This document shows, in pieces, positions 46,140-56,156 of a stretch of 64,000 nucleotides of DNA. Position 1 is the stretch's first letter; each line of letters opens with the position of its first letter. A program made the translations under genes and the position numbers. The DNA lies in the IMG/VR virus record IMGVR_UViG_3300046314_000658; one strand, 5' to 3'. Source of the stretch: a virus. The notes beneath the pieces are model-generated. The model was not told the origin of the DNA and made no database searches. It worked only from the letters and a program-made list of their open reading frames with translations.

Positions 46140-47390
46140 CTACAACCTCTTATCAATGTAGTTTTTAGCAGCTAGTAGTGTACCAAAACGATTAACAGTT
46201 GCGCCCACGATGGCCCATTGTTTTGGGCCTTCTTGGCGTACAGTGTACTGCTTGTATTTGATAGATTTGTACTCAGGCGATGTTGATTGTTCGTTGACAG
46301 CTTTACTGAAATTTCTCCAGTCGGATCTGATATGAGAACCTGGGAATTTAATCATTGTAACTTCCAACATTTCAAACCCACGGTCAACACTTAGGACTTT
46401 ACATTTCTCACCCTTGTACTTACTATCAGCAGTAATAGTAACAGTATCACCTTTTCTGAACGGAGAAGCTGCTTCTGTTACACCTCGTAAATCTTTTGCG
46501 CACATCCCACGCATTAGTACATTACCGTTTGGCAGCTTAATCGGTTGACCGAGCATTGTTGGACGATAGTCCGCGTGGCCACCAGCGTGACGAAGTACCG
46601 TGTTAGTTTTTGGATCGACTTCATACCAGTCATCATCATTGAAGTGACCGGTGTATGCTTCGTTAACTGCTTTAGACGCATATTTTACATTCTGCGCTGC
46701 GCGTGCTCGTTTATTAGCAGTGTCAGCAATGCTTTTCATCTGATCCAAGATTGGATCCTTAACTGGTGCGGTCAGCTTTTTAACACTACGCTTGATTGTA
46801 TCACTAAGACCTTCCACCACAGTTGGTTCATTGAATGATTCAGATACTGCTGAACGCGATTGTGCAGCTTCCCAACCCAAGTTCCATTCGCGATTGTCGT
46901 CACTACCAGCTGGGTGTGGATTTTTAACAACATCAGCGAGAAATGCATCGTACCCGGCAGCGTAAGCAGTGCTGTTTTTACTTTCTTTGACGCTTGCGTG
47001 CTTCTTTTTGATTTCGAAGTGATTCACGAACTTGCCATTCACAGTGTAATGATCGCCTGCTTTTGAGACGCTTGTGATTTTACCTTTGCCTCGGCCACCT
47101 TCTTGTGGCGGATCCATTTCGTACGACACGTCGTCACCAACTTTATATTTGTGCGTTAGTGCTTGTCCCATTACTTTACCAGCAATTTTGTTGAGTATAC
47201 CTTCTGTCAACGAGCCTTTGCTAGTTGGAGCATTGAAACGACCTTTGTGAGACGTTTTATCCCAAGCGTGGTACGTACCAGTCTTGTTATCTTTTGTAAC
47301 AGTGTAGCCAAGTTTTTTAGCAGCGGTTTCCCATTCGGCAAGTTTGGAGTAAGCGCTTTCATTGAGTGCGATGATAGATGTTAGTTTCAC
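46140..47390 (-). CDS. Putative internal head polyprotein
   Basis: MKLTSIIALNE leader and recurrent (L/V)xE motifs separating small modules. Confidence 0.6.
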   Translation of the reverse strand: MKLTSIIALNESAYSKLAEWETAAKKLGYTVTKDNKTGTYHAWDKTSHKGRFNAPTSKGSLTEGILNKIAGKVMGQALTHKYKVGDDVSYEMDPPQEGGRGKGKITSVSKAGDHYTVNGKFVNHFEIKKKHASVKESKNSTAYAAGYDAFLADVVKNPHPAGSDDNREWNLGWEAAQSRSAVSESFNEPTVVEGLSDTIKRSVKKLTAPVKDPILDQMKSIADTANKRARAAQNVKYASKAVNEAYTGHFNDDDWYEVDPKTNTVLRHAGGHADYRPTMLGQPIKLPNGNVLMRGMCAKDLRGVTEAASPFRKGDTVTITADSKYKGEKCKVLSVDRGFEMLEVTMIKFPGSHIRSDWRNFSKAVNEQSTSPEYKSIKYKQYTVRQEGPKQWAIVGATVNRFGTLLAAKNYIDKRL

Positions 47391-48316
47391 TGTGCGTGTC
47401 CTTTTGATGTACGATATTTAGCCAAGCGTTGAACAAGTCGTTCATTTTTCTTGCGCTCTTTTTCTTCTTCTTCAAATTCTTCCATGTCTGCAACTTCTTG
47501 CTCGCGACTGATCTCAGCATCTTGTTTTTGAGTTTCAATGTCTTGTAACTCGGTTTCAGCTTTTGCTTTTGCAACATCAGCATTCGCAGTACGAACGCCA
47601 GTTTCAGATTTTAGTAGGTCGATCACCTGTTGCAATAACTGAACTGTGCTTTGCTGCATATCTGGAGATGTCTCATCTTCACTACCAAGTTCACCACCTT
47701 CTTCGCCATCAAGGTCCAGTTCATTATCACCAGCATCTTCCTCACCGTCAAGCGCGAGATCGTCTTCACCACCTTCTTCACTCTCTGGTTCCTCATCCTC
47801 TGTAATTGCTTCATCCCATTCAACGTCGACGATATCGTAGTCCTGCTTTAGCATGTACAGCACTTCTGCGATTTCTTTTGGATTGTCTGCATCACTCAAG
47901 ATAGCATTGAGACGAGTTTCAAAATCTTCCGCTTGATCGCGCTTAACGGTGACCTTGATCACTTTACCGTCACCATCTTGCAAACCAAAAGTAGATGTTT
48001 GTGTTTTATCATCAACCTGTGCACGCTTGGTAGCGTTTGACACCTTATCATTTACATCAGCAACGATCTTCGCATTTTTATCTGCACTGAGGCCATTCCC
48101 TCCGTTAGAGCCCACTGCTCCATCGAATTCAAATAGGATGGCTGTACTCACATCAAAAGTTGAGATTACACTTTCGCTAATCTTCAACTTTTGCACTTTA
48201 TTCTTTAGTATCGGACGTCGTTTAATAGAACCAGAGTGCGTAAATGGGTTACCAGCAATCGATGCTGCCCCTATCGAGCCAGCGGCTGCGTCTTCTAAAA
48301 TGGTAGAGAGTTTCAT
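47387..48316 (-). CDS. Acidic putative internal head/scaffold-like protein
   Basis: MKLSTILE leader, D/E-rich linker, TAAATA at 48339-48344 (-). Confidence 0.6.
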   Translation of the reverse strand: MKLSTILEDAAAGSIGAASIAGNPFTHSGSIKRRPILKNKVQKLKISESVISTFDVSTAILFEFDGAVGSNGGNGLSADKNAKIVADVNDKVSNATKRAQVDDKTQTSTFGLQDGDGKVIKVTVKRDQAEDFETRLNAILSDADNPKEIAEVLYMLKQDYDIVDVEWDEAITEDEEPESEEGGEDDLALDGEEDAGDNELDLDGEEGGELGSEDETSPDMQQSTVQLLQQVIDLLKSETGVRTANADVAKAKAETELQDIETQKQDAEISREQEVADMEEFEEEEKERKKNERLVQRLAKYRTSKGHAQ

Positions 48317-48337
48317 AATATGTTGTGGCAGTATTGA

Positions 48338-49747
48338 TTATTTATCACCGAGGTAGCTCTTGTATAAGATTTCTACAGCTTGTTGAGTAGTTCTCGTGGA
48401 TTGTATTGCTTTTTCATTGCTACGAATGTCTGTAATGATATCAGCAAACAGCGACAACGTACGGCGAGTAATCTCAGGAGAGTACTTAAATTTGCGCCCC
48501 GTTGCTGAATCCATTTCAATTTTGTCGACCCGCTGCATAAATGTATCTTTTGCTTGGATCAGCGATTGTTCAGCAGTTTTTAGTGCTTGAATGAGTTGCG
48601 GACGAACTTTATTAATATCAACAGACCAGTCACCTTCACGAGAAGCAAGGAATGCACGGATTGTGCGAGGCGTTTTCAATTTCGGCTCTTGCAGGATTAC
48701 AGACAAATCCTCTAGCAAATCACCGTAGATAGAGCCACTACGTGTTTCAGCAACTTTTAACATTCCCTCAACGGGACGAGGTACAGTAGCTTTGATTTGA
48801 TTGCGAATAGCAAAGTTGAATTGATTGAAAGCGGAGAACACATCCTTATCAACAATCTTGATTTGACGGTTTGTTTTTGGATCGAACATAACGACGCCCT
48901 CGATACCCGGATCATGCTCAGCATCAACATCACTCACGTCACGCAAACTCGGTACCAGCGTACGGACAAACTGTTTGAGCAATTTCTCTTTAATTGGTAG
49001 TTTGAAATCGGTTAATAACTTCTCTGCAACTTGCTTGCGAAGTGCAACCATCTCCCGAGTCTTGGAGGTTGAACGAGTAATATCAGCAATTGACATCGCC
49101 CCCTGCGACGTCTCCACCTGCTGACTGATGTACAGCTTCAATTGCTCCAACTCATCCTCAAAATCAATCTGTTTTAACTTCTGTGCATCTATTTGTTGTG
49201 GAGTGGTGAAACGCCAAGTAATCATTGTTGGCTTCTTGATCAAATCTACCCCATTTTCAGTTGTAATCTCGACCGTCTCTACCTGTACTGGTGCTAGTTT
49301 CAATGATTGAAGTTTTTTGATGATTTGTGGAGATTGTTCGCTGATAGCGCGAAGAAATGCGATTGCTGAACTACCATAAATGATAGCATTTGGTTGTCGA
49401 CCATAAAGAACCTCACACTCAACTAATATATTAGCAGGAACCACTCTTGCTAGACTAGCCTCAACCTGTTGTAGTGCTTGATGAGCAGATTTAAACCCAA
49501 CATACGCAGGGGAGTCTCCCCACTGAGCTGGATCGTATACAGGCGTATCATTCCCTTTTTGCTGTCGGTTGGTATACAACTTACCGTGCTCGTCAATTCC
49601 GAAAGTTAGTGCAGATCCATCTAATTTTTCTGTTGCTGCATACCGAGTAAGGTTGGTAATTGTATCGACGAACTCATCTATCGACAGATCTTCGATGTGT
49701 TCAATCCCTTCTTTTAGGGATTGTTTTAAATATTCACTAAATCGCAT
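48338..49747 (-). CDS. Ligase-superfamily (KxDG) nucleotidyltransferase-like virion protein
   Basis: HIEDL, TEKLDG, EVLY, EGVV, IKIV motifs; MRFSEYL..LKE leader. Confidence 0.6.
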   Translation of the reverse strand: MRFSEYLKQSLKEGIEHIEDLSIDEFVDTITNLTRYAATEKLDGSALTFGIDEHGKLYTNRQQKGNDTPVYDPAQWGDSPAYVGFKSAHQALQQVEASLARVVPANILVECEVLYGRQPNAIIYGSSAIAFLRAISEQSPQIIKKLQSLKLAPVQVETVEITTENGVDLIKKPTMITWRFTTPQQIDAQKLKQIDFEDELEQLKLYISQQVETSQGAMSIADITRSTSKTREMVALRKQVAEKLLTDFKLPIKEKLLKQFVRTLVPSLRDVSDVDAEHDPGIEGVVMFDPKTNRQIKIVDKDVFSAFNQFNFAIRNQIKATVPRPVEGMLKVAETRSGSIYGDLLEDLSVILQEPKLKTPRTIRAFLASREGDWSVDINKVRPQLIQALKTAEQSLIQAKDTFMQRVDKIEMDSATGRKFKYSPEITRRTLSLFADIITDIRSNEKAIQSTRTTQQAVEILYKSYLGDK

Positions 49748-49770
49748 ACGCACCTTCAACAAAAGTGTAT

Positions 49771-51081
49771 TTAGGTTAAACCAAGTAGATCCATCATCGA
49801 TGCTTTCACAGGTGTGGCATCTCTTTGTGGTCTATCAAATGCGCCTTTTTCTTGTGGATTGAAAATCCTCAAGGATTTCGCATCCCAGCCAACATTGACG
49901 ATACTACCAACACCACCCGAACTTCGGGTTTTCAGAAACTGAAAACCGATTTGACCAGCAGCACGCATCGCATCTGTTAAGTGAATGGCAAGTGTCCAGT
50001 CACTAGAACGAATCTTTTCTGCACCACCAGCTTGGTGACTTTGATCATACACTTCAACAGATGCAGCTGCTTTCGTCAGCTGGCTTGCAGTCAGTCCAAT
50101 CATATCATATTCACCAAGCAAGTCGTAAAACTCTTCTGTAATGAACTTGTCGCGTGTACCGATGTTCTCCGAAGACACTTTTTGGATTGGATACAGTTTG
50201 TCGAGATAGTCGAGGACGATGATGTCTGGTATCCAACCTTTTTGAATTTCAATTTCCTTGATTAGTGCACGGATATCATTTGCAGTAGAACCAAGCCGAA
50301 TCTTCTTGATGACCATTTCTCCAGAGACGCCAACCAATCCATTGACAGCGGCTTGACCGAGTTCAGGATGACGACTAAGTTCTACTGAACTTTTCTTCGA
50401 TACAATCATCTGCGCGCGCTTATCAATCATTGGCTCATTCAATTCCAGTGACACATACAGGCAGTTGAGAAACTTACCGTTTAACCCCCGTTGTTTCATC
50501 ATATTGAGAGCGAAGTTGAGAATCGATACGGATTTACCACCACCAGAAATAGCGAGCACAAGCAGCATTTCACCACGTGCCACACCACCATCCATTTTTT
50601 TATCAATCTCCGGATAACCGAGTGAATAACGGATAGCATTTTCCTGCACCTCTTGACGAGATTCGATGTCTTGCAAGAATGAGATGCCGATGTTGCTATC
50701 TACCTTAATCGAGATCGCACTTCGAACCAAGTGTTCCAACTGGTCATACTGCTCCGACATAATCAATGTTGGAGATTGCTCTAAAATTATGTTGCGTAAA
50801 GCACTCTGACGACAAAAAGTTTGGATTTGGTCTTGTGTGTACTTAACCTCATCCCCTAGCAGTGCTTTCACTTTTTTGAGTTTAAGCTTTGTATCAGATT
50901 CAATGATATCAATCGACGGGATTCCGTTATATTTCTCGTGATACTCTTTGATGAAGGTAACAGCTTTGCGAAATTCTGGATCAAAGTATTCTGGTTGAAT
51001 GATTGGCAAAGTTTTGGTGAATAGCTTAGCATCTGCTACCCACAATGAGATTAGCATTTCTTGTTGTTTATTGTCAAGCAT
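49771..51081 (-). CDS. DnaB-like replicative helicase (T4 gp41-like)
   Basis: AISGGGKS, VSLEL, IVLDYLD, TASQL, FLKTR. Confidence 0.9.
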   Translation of the reverse strand: MLDNKQQEMLISLWVADAKLFTKTLPIIQPEYFDPEFRKAVTFIKEYHEKYNGIPSIDIIESDTKLKLKKVKALLGDEVKYTQDQIQTFCRQSALRNIILEQSPTLIMSEQYDQLEHLVRSAISIKVDSNIGISFLQDIESRQEVQENAIRYSLGYPEIDKKMDGGVARGEMLLVLAISGGGKSVSILNFALNMMKQRGLNGKFLNCLYVSLELNEPMIDKRAQMIVSKKSSVELSRHPELGQAAVNGLVGVSGEMVIKKIRLGSTANDIRALIKEIEIQKGWIPDIIVLDYLDKLYPIQKVSSENIGTRDKFITEEFYDLLGEYDMIGLTASQLTKAAASVEVYDQSHQAGGAEKIRSSDWTLAIHLTDAMRAAGQIGFQFLKTRSSGGVGSIVNVGWDAKSLRIFNPQEKGAFDRPQRDATPVKASMMDLLGLT

Positions 51082-52026
51082 TTAGTATATTACGAATGGT
51101 TTTCGAAGTTCTTCTACAATAGTAGAGTTTGCAACAACCAGTTGGTTGTTGTCAACAACGAGGTCCCCTAAACGAATAGTCGAATTGCGAATAATGCGAT
51201 CTTGCACAACGTCTGCTGCAGCTGACTTGTCTGAGGTAGCTAGCGGCAACACAACCGTTGGTAGCGTCGACCCTGTTAATAACAGCGAATTGCCTTTTTG
51301 CAATAGGTACGTCGGAATCACAGCTGAGTACAGGAAATATGGTTTCTCCAGTGCAATCACCTTATAGTGTGTCCACAGTGTACCCCCAATCGGCACATTA
51401 GATGTAGTCCATCCTGTGGATTGAAAGTGGTTAATGAAGTCTAATTGTGTATACAACGTATCAAGCGATGTTAGTGATTTATAAGACAATGTTGCTGTAA
51501 AGGACGATGCTTCAATGTCAGCAGCAATTGTCAAAATATTTGACGTTAGTAAGCTCGGTGCTGTCCACGACGTAGACGGTACCACAAGTGTGGGTGGATT
51601 AAACTGATTATCAGTAACAACTGCAACACCTGTTTGTGGAGTTAGAAGATCGATTATAACAGTATCAGCTGTTTGAGATACAACGGTAAAAGCAGTGGTT
51701 TTAACACGACTGATTCCACCGCTTGTGTTGGCCTCTACAAAAATCTCAACAATCAGCGAACCAATGTGGCCAAAATTGTGAGTAAGCACAATTGTTCGAA
51801 CAGAAGTGAATGAGGTTTTATAGACCTTAGGTGTTTGTCGCCAGGTGATATGACTGCGTGCCGTAACATCAGCATTCGGATCAACAGACAGTACTCCAAC
51901 GCACCCTGGTGTAAGCGTGCAACGATTGAAGAATGTAATAGCTCCAGGAACAACGGATCTGTAATCCGCCTTTGCACATATACTACACTTAAAAATCTTT
52001 TTTATGTTTGCGCGCTTGTTACTCAT
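51082..52026 (-). CDS. Hypothetical protein with N-terminal Zn-finger, probably structural
   Basis: CSIC..C...GC.G.L; beta-rich body. Confidence 0.6.
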   Translation of the reverse strand: MSNKRANIKKIFKCSICAKADYRSVVPGAITFFNRCTLTPGCVGVLSVDPNADVTARSHITWRQTPKVYKTSFTSVRTIVLTHNFGHIGSLIVEIFVEANTSGGISRVKTTAFTVVSQTADTVIIDLLTPQTGVAVVTDNQFNPPTLVVPSTSWTAPSLLTSNILTIAADIEASSFTATLSYKSLTSLDTLYTQLDFINHFQSTGWTTSNVPIGGTLWTHYKVIALEKPYFLYSAVIPTYLLQKGNSLLLTGSTLPTVVLPLATSDKSAAADVVQDRIIRNSTIRLGDLVVDNNQLVVANSTIVEELRKPFVIY

Positions 52027-52508
52027 TGCAGTTCTTTCAATAGGTCACCAAATCGAGGGTATGCGGCGGTGCGTATCGCAACATACTTCTGCACCCCAAA
52101 TATGTGAACTGGAATCTTTTTCTCCGCCACATATTTTATATCAACCACTTGACTAAATCGATCTGTAATAATTTGCTCAAGTAGTAGTGGTTGAAGTGCG
52201 TTTGCAACAACATCACCACGCTCAAATACCATAGGTCGCCAATCAAACTTATTGAATGGTAGAACATATACACTAGATTGTGACTGCACCCAATCAATCT
52301 CAATTGATCGAGCCAGAACATCCTTTATTCCAACAATTTTCTCGATGATAACCTCTGTCGGAGAATGAATGTAATCACGATGACGGACCTTGACTACTGA
52401 CATTACTTTTGCACAAGGTGGACGGCTTTTGATTAAGCAAGTGCCTTCGCCAATTACTTGGCTACAGTGTTGTTTGATGAATTCGCGCTGAGTAGTAGTT
52501 AGATACAC
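52023..52508 (-). CDS. Hypothetical protein
   Basis: GTG start; TAAATA at 52533-52538 (-). Confidence 0.55.
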   Translation of the reverse strand: MYLTTTQREFIKQHCSQVIGEGTCLIKSRPPCAKVMSVVKVRHRDYIHSPTEVIIEKIVGIKDVLARSIEIDWVQSQSSVYVLPFNKFDWRPMVFERGDVVANALQPLLLEQIITDRFSQVVDIKYVAEKKIPVHIFGVQKYVAIRTAAYPRFGDLLKELQ

Positions 52509-52574
52509 TATGTGTTAACGTGATGCGTGAACTATTTAGTCACATAAATAACGCATACACTATTTTATGACACT

Positions 52575-53528
52575 ATGAAATTCTCACAATATTTATCTGA
52601 AGGCATTCGAGCAGCAGATTTCGAAAAGGCTGTTGGCACGATTGTTCAATATCTGCAAAAACAACTGGGTACAATGTATCGGTATCCACAGATTGAGCAC
52701 TACAGTGGTTCACAGGGTCAAGGGATTGGGTTGCGATATTTTCTGCAAGATGGCACTAGCTTGCGTTTCAATTGGACTTCAACGTCTGCATCTTCCAAGC
52801 TAGATTCGATCTCAATTTGGGATGGTTCGTCTCGTCACCCTAATTTCCAGATTCGTGGTATTGGGGATGTGCCACTTGGTCAACTGTCACTCGCAAAGAT
52901 CCTCCCAACACTTGCTCAAACTATCAAAAATCCAAAAGTTGGTGAAGTTGAGTTGTCTACACAAGAGTCAATCAGCGTACTGGCTGATTTGGATACCCAA
53001 CTATCCGAGAGCGTGTTGAACGAAGATGCATTCGATGATGTCGTCGGGGCGCTTGAACAAGGTGCTGTATCTGGCTACACATTCTCAAAGATGGGCCGTA
53101 ACCAAGAGCGTATCTTCAAAGAGATTCTAGCTGCTCATAAAGACGAGTTTGAAACCAAGGTCGATGGTGCTGGACGTCAACGGTACACATTCACAGGCGA
53201 GCTCGGCGAAATTAGCCGGGATGATATCGTGGGCAATGTAGTTGGCAACCAACAAAAGAGTGGTCGTCTTGGACTATCCGTTTCAGTCGGCGGTAACGAG
53301 AGCACAACAACAGATGGTGAAGATGCTGCAGCAAAGCAGTTCCCAGGTGCGCCAGCTCGGGTACCGTACGAAGAGCAGTTGGATGATATGAAGTCAATCA
53401 TCAATGCTGTTGTGAAAGGTGCGAGTAACTTCTCTGTGATATTAGGAGCTGGTGGACTTGGTAAATGTGCAAGTTCTGCGGTGTTATTGAATGGATCATT
53501 TAAAAACTGGGAAAAATCCCTCGCCTAA
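52575..53528 (+). CDS. AAA ATPase N-extein + 20-aa N-terminal split-intein fragment
   Basis: Ends ILGAGGLGK|CASSAVLLNGSFKNWEKSLA; the Walker A is cut at GK, followed by Cys1 (53466). Confidence 0.85.
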   Translation: MKFSQYLSEGIRAADFEKAVGTIVQYLQKQLGTMYRYPQIEHYSGSQGQGIGLRYFLQDGTSLRFNWTSTSASSKLDSISIWDGSSRHPNFQIRGIGDVPLGQLSLAKILPTLAQTIKNPKVGEVELSTQESISVLADLDTQLSESVLNEDAFDDVVGALEQGAVSGYTFSKMGRNQERIFKEILAAHKDEFETKVDGAGRQRYTFTGELGEISRDDIVGNVVGNQQKSGRLGLSVSVGGNESTTTDGEDAAAKQFPGAPARVPYEEQLDDMKSIINAVVKGASNFSVILGAGGLGKCASSAVLLNGSFKNWEKSLA

Positions 53529-53608
53529 AATACTTGCAGCCATTATCCATAAATAGTACTATTAATATACAGCAGCTAGTTCGCTGCATATATTTTTAGG
53601 GACTAACA

Positions 53609-54925
53609 ATGAATGTTACCAACACCAAGCGCAAGAGCAAACACGAGCAACACACTACCGTCATACAGACGATCAACACTCCCGATCAGTTACTCGAATA
53701 CGCATTTGCAAAAGAGTTTCTCAATAGGGGAGATTGGAAGGGTTGGCACCCAGATGTAAAACAGCGTGCATTGCAGCTACTTGAGCTACCAGAGTGTAGT
53801 ATTACGAATTTTAATCTCAAAGTTCGGTTTGATGTACTAAATCCGAATCGCACTGCAAAACCAAATAACGTCGAACATTGGATCAATCGAGGTTGGACCG
53901 AAGCAGATGCAATGCTGCACATCAAAGCTATGCAAAAAGCTCGCAACAATAAAAAACAAGAAATGTTAACCCCCGAATACTGGGTACGAACTGGGTTGAC
54001 TCTACAGGAGGCGCAACAGAAAGCTGATGATTGTAGATTCGGTAATACAGCCAGGCGACCAGAATATTGGATTAAACAAGGTATGTCTGTAGACGAAGCA
54101 AAGACGAAAGTATCTCAACACCAAAGCGCACACTCTCCTAAAACAGTTGGATATTGGACTGCGCAAGGGTTAACAGATGAACAAGCTACTAATAAAGTGT
54201 CAGAAGTGCAAACCAGTGCAGCAGCAATTGCAAAGCAGAAATGGAAGGATGGATTAATCGACAAAGCCACTCGTAACACCAATCTTGAATATTGGATCAA
54301 GAAAGCAAATGGTGATAAATTGCGAGCAAGAAAGTTGCTACGAGAGCGGCAGAGTACGTTTTCATTAGAAAAGTGTATAGCTACGCATGGAGAATTGAGG
54401 GGGACCCAAATGTGGGAACAACGACAAGAGAAATGGCAGACTACGATGCAGTCAAAGCCCCCCGAGGAGTTGTTGCGGATATCTAGAGCAAAGCAGGTGC
54501 GTGGGAATGGGTTGCGATATGGTGTGGTATCACAACAGCTGTTCTGGGAGGTATTTAATATCACCCAACCTCTGGGGTATGCTATTTATTTTGCTGAACT
54601 TGATCAAAAAACGAAAGTAAAAGCCATTCAAGGTAATCATGAATTTGTAATGTTCTGCGATGATGTGGTATATCGTCCGGATTTTTACATACCAGACATT
54701 GGCGTGTGGGTAGAGTTTGATGAGAAACATCACTGGGGGTGTACAGCAGCAAAAGCAAGCGACGTAATTAGAGAGACTAATATTAAACGAGTATTGAAAG
54801 ATGTCACATTCATTCGCATCAAAGAAACAGAATTTGCAGACAATCCAGAAGATTGTGTGACGAAAATAGTTGATGTGATCTTAGCAAAACATCTCCAATA
54901 CGAAGCAGCTCTCCAACAAGACTAA
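53609..54925 (+). CDS. Free-standing endonuclease (Vsr-like/PD-(D/E)xK C-terminal domain, EYW repeats)
   Basis: Repeated (E/G)YW...G.T..EA..KV units; S..LF, YRPDFY, VEFDE.HHW, D..RE, IRIKE. Confidence 0.8.
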   Translation: MNVTNTKRKSKHEQHTTVIQTINTPDQLLEYAFAKEFLNRGDWKGWHPDVKQRALQLLELPECSITNFNLKVRFDVLNPNRTAKPNNVEHWINRGWTEADAMLHIKAMQKARNNKKQEMLTPEYWVRTGLTLQEAQQKADDCRFGNTARRPEYWIKQGMSVDEAKTKVSQHQSAHSPKTVGYWTAQGLTDEQATNKVSEVQTSAAAIAKQKWKDGLIDKATRNTNLEYWIKKANGDKLRARKLLRERQSTFSLEKCIATHGELRGTQMWEQRQEKWQTTMQSKPPEELLRISRAKQVRGNGLRYGVVSQQLFWEVFNITQPLGYAIYFAELDQKTKVKAIQGNHEFVMFCDDVVYRPDFYIPDIGVWVEFDEKHHWGCTAAKASDVIRETNIKRVLKDVTFIRIKETEFADNPEDCVTKIVDVILAKHLQYEAALQQD

Positions 54926-54954
54926 ATACACGATACTACACTTCTACTACCACT

Positions 54955-56037
54955 ATGGATACTACTGCATTGAAACTTGAGACCAAATCGTTTGGTGAAC
55001 TGGCCGACCTAATTAAGCAACATCTCAATATTACAGAGTTAGAACTGAATAGACTATACGACATTCGCAAGTTCGAGTGGACTGTTCAGGATCATAACGA
55101 TACTCCTATTCCAATTATTGGACTAATTCGCAAGCATAGTAAAGCAATTGCTTTTGAATTCAGCGATGGTAGTGAAATTATTACTTCCACCCACCACCTA
55201 TTTGCCACTGACGATAGGTGCGATGTTACATTTGCTGCAGAGCTAGCGGTTGGTGATAGTATTACCAAAATTAGTGGTGAAAAAGTTACAGTAGTATCAG
55301 CAACTGCGCTACCAGAGCAAGATGTGTACGACATCCAAGTTAAGTCTCACAAGATGTTGTATCGCGATGCAGCTGGTTTTGTGCACCACAATACTCATAC
55401 TGTTGAAGAAACACTTGGAGAACTTGGCTTAGAAGACGGGAATGGATACTTCAAAAACACATCGAGCGGCTCTGCAGCTGGATTGTACAAGACTCTATTC
55501 ATGAACCGTACTGGCATTGTGGTGTTAGATGACTGTGATACGATTGTTGCCACACAAGAAGGTCGCAATCTATTGAAGGCTGCACTAGACACCAAAAAGA
55601 AACGGAAACTCGTCTGGGCAAAAATGGGTTCTTGGTTGTTTGACCCAGCTGATGAAGAGGAGATGGCAAAGGCACAAGACTCCATCGCGGTTGGTGAAGA
55701 ACCAGAGATGTTCCCACGATACTTCGACTTTGAAGGTCGTGTGATTATGATTAGCAACTTACCAGCAGAAACACTTGATCCAGATGGTGCACTAGCCACG
55801 CGCGGATTCATCATCACATTAAATCCAACGAAGGATGAAGTGTTTGCATTCATGCGTAAAATTGCACCGAAAATCCCCGTTGAAGGTCGTCAACTAACTG
55901 ATGCTGAGCGTAATGAAGTTGTTGATATGCTTGAGAAGCAATCTGGTACCGCCAATATTCGAAAATTAGTTCGAGGTCTCAATATGTGTGCCAGTGGGAC
56001 CCCTAATTGGCAAAGAATTGTCGAGCGTTATTGCTAA
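54955..56037 (+). CDS. C-terminal split-intein fragment (146 aa) + AAA ATPase C-extein
   Basis: Intein block B ITSTHHLF, block F VYDIQV, block G HHN|T (55393). Extein THTV..IVVLDDCD (Walker B), LKAALD, F.FEGRVIMISN, R finger. Confidence 0.9.
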   Translation: MDTTALKLETKSFGELADLIKQHLNITELELNRLYDIRKFEWTVQDHNDTPIPIIGLIRKHSKAIAFEFSDGSEIITSTHHLFATDDRCDVTFAAELAVGDSITKISGEKVTVVSATALPEQDVYDIQVKSHKMLYRDAAGFVHHNTHTVEETLGELGLEDGNGYFKNTSSGSAAGLYKTLFMNRTGIVVLDDCDTIVATQEGRNLLKAALDTKKKRKLVWAKMGSWLFDPADEEEMAKAQDSIAVGEEPEMFPRYFDFEGRVIMISNLPAETLDPDGALATRGFIITLNPTKDEVFAFMRKIAPKIPVEGRQLTDAERNEVVDMLEKQSGTANIRKLVRGLNMCASGTPNWQRIVERYC

Positions 56038-56040
56038 AAT

Positions 56041-56066
56041 AAAGGACCAAATGCTGGTCCTTTTTT
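56041..56066 (+). terminator. Rho-independent terminator
   Basis: aaaggacca-aatgc-tggtcctttttt. Confidence 0.8.
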
Positions 56067-56100
56067 GTTGCACTAGTATGCAACTATCATAAATAGAAGT

Positions 56101-56135
56101 GCGAGCCACGATGTACCACCATCCGCTCGCTCTAA
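56101..56135 (+). promoter_or_regulatory. Conserved RNA leader motif (copy 2)
   Basis: GCGAGC-CACGAUG-loop-CAUCC-GCUCGC-UCUAA, after TAAATA at 56090. Confidence 0.6.
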
Positions 56136-56156
56136 TGCTAACAAGGAGCAATCAGC

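Noticed and set aside
53529-54954. Group I intron interrupting the ATPase
   Set aside because: The non-coding flanks are only about 80 and 30 nt, too short for a ribozyme core. The intein motifs explain the break.
17084-55853. Many antisense ORFs in the track (e.g. 17084-17596, 18397-18963, 21391-22032, 35809-36306, 55395-55853)
   Set aside because: These are shadows of well-supported genes on the opposite strand, with no RBS or recognisable motifs.
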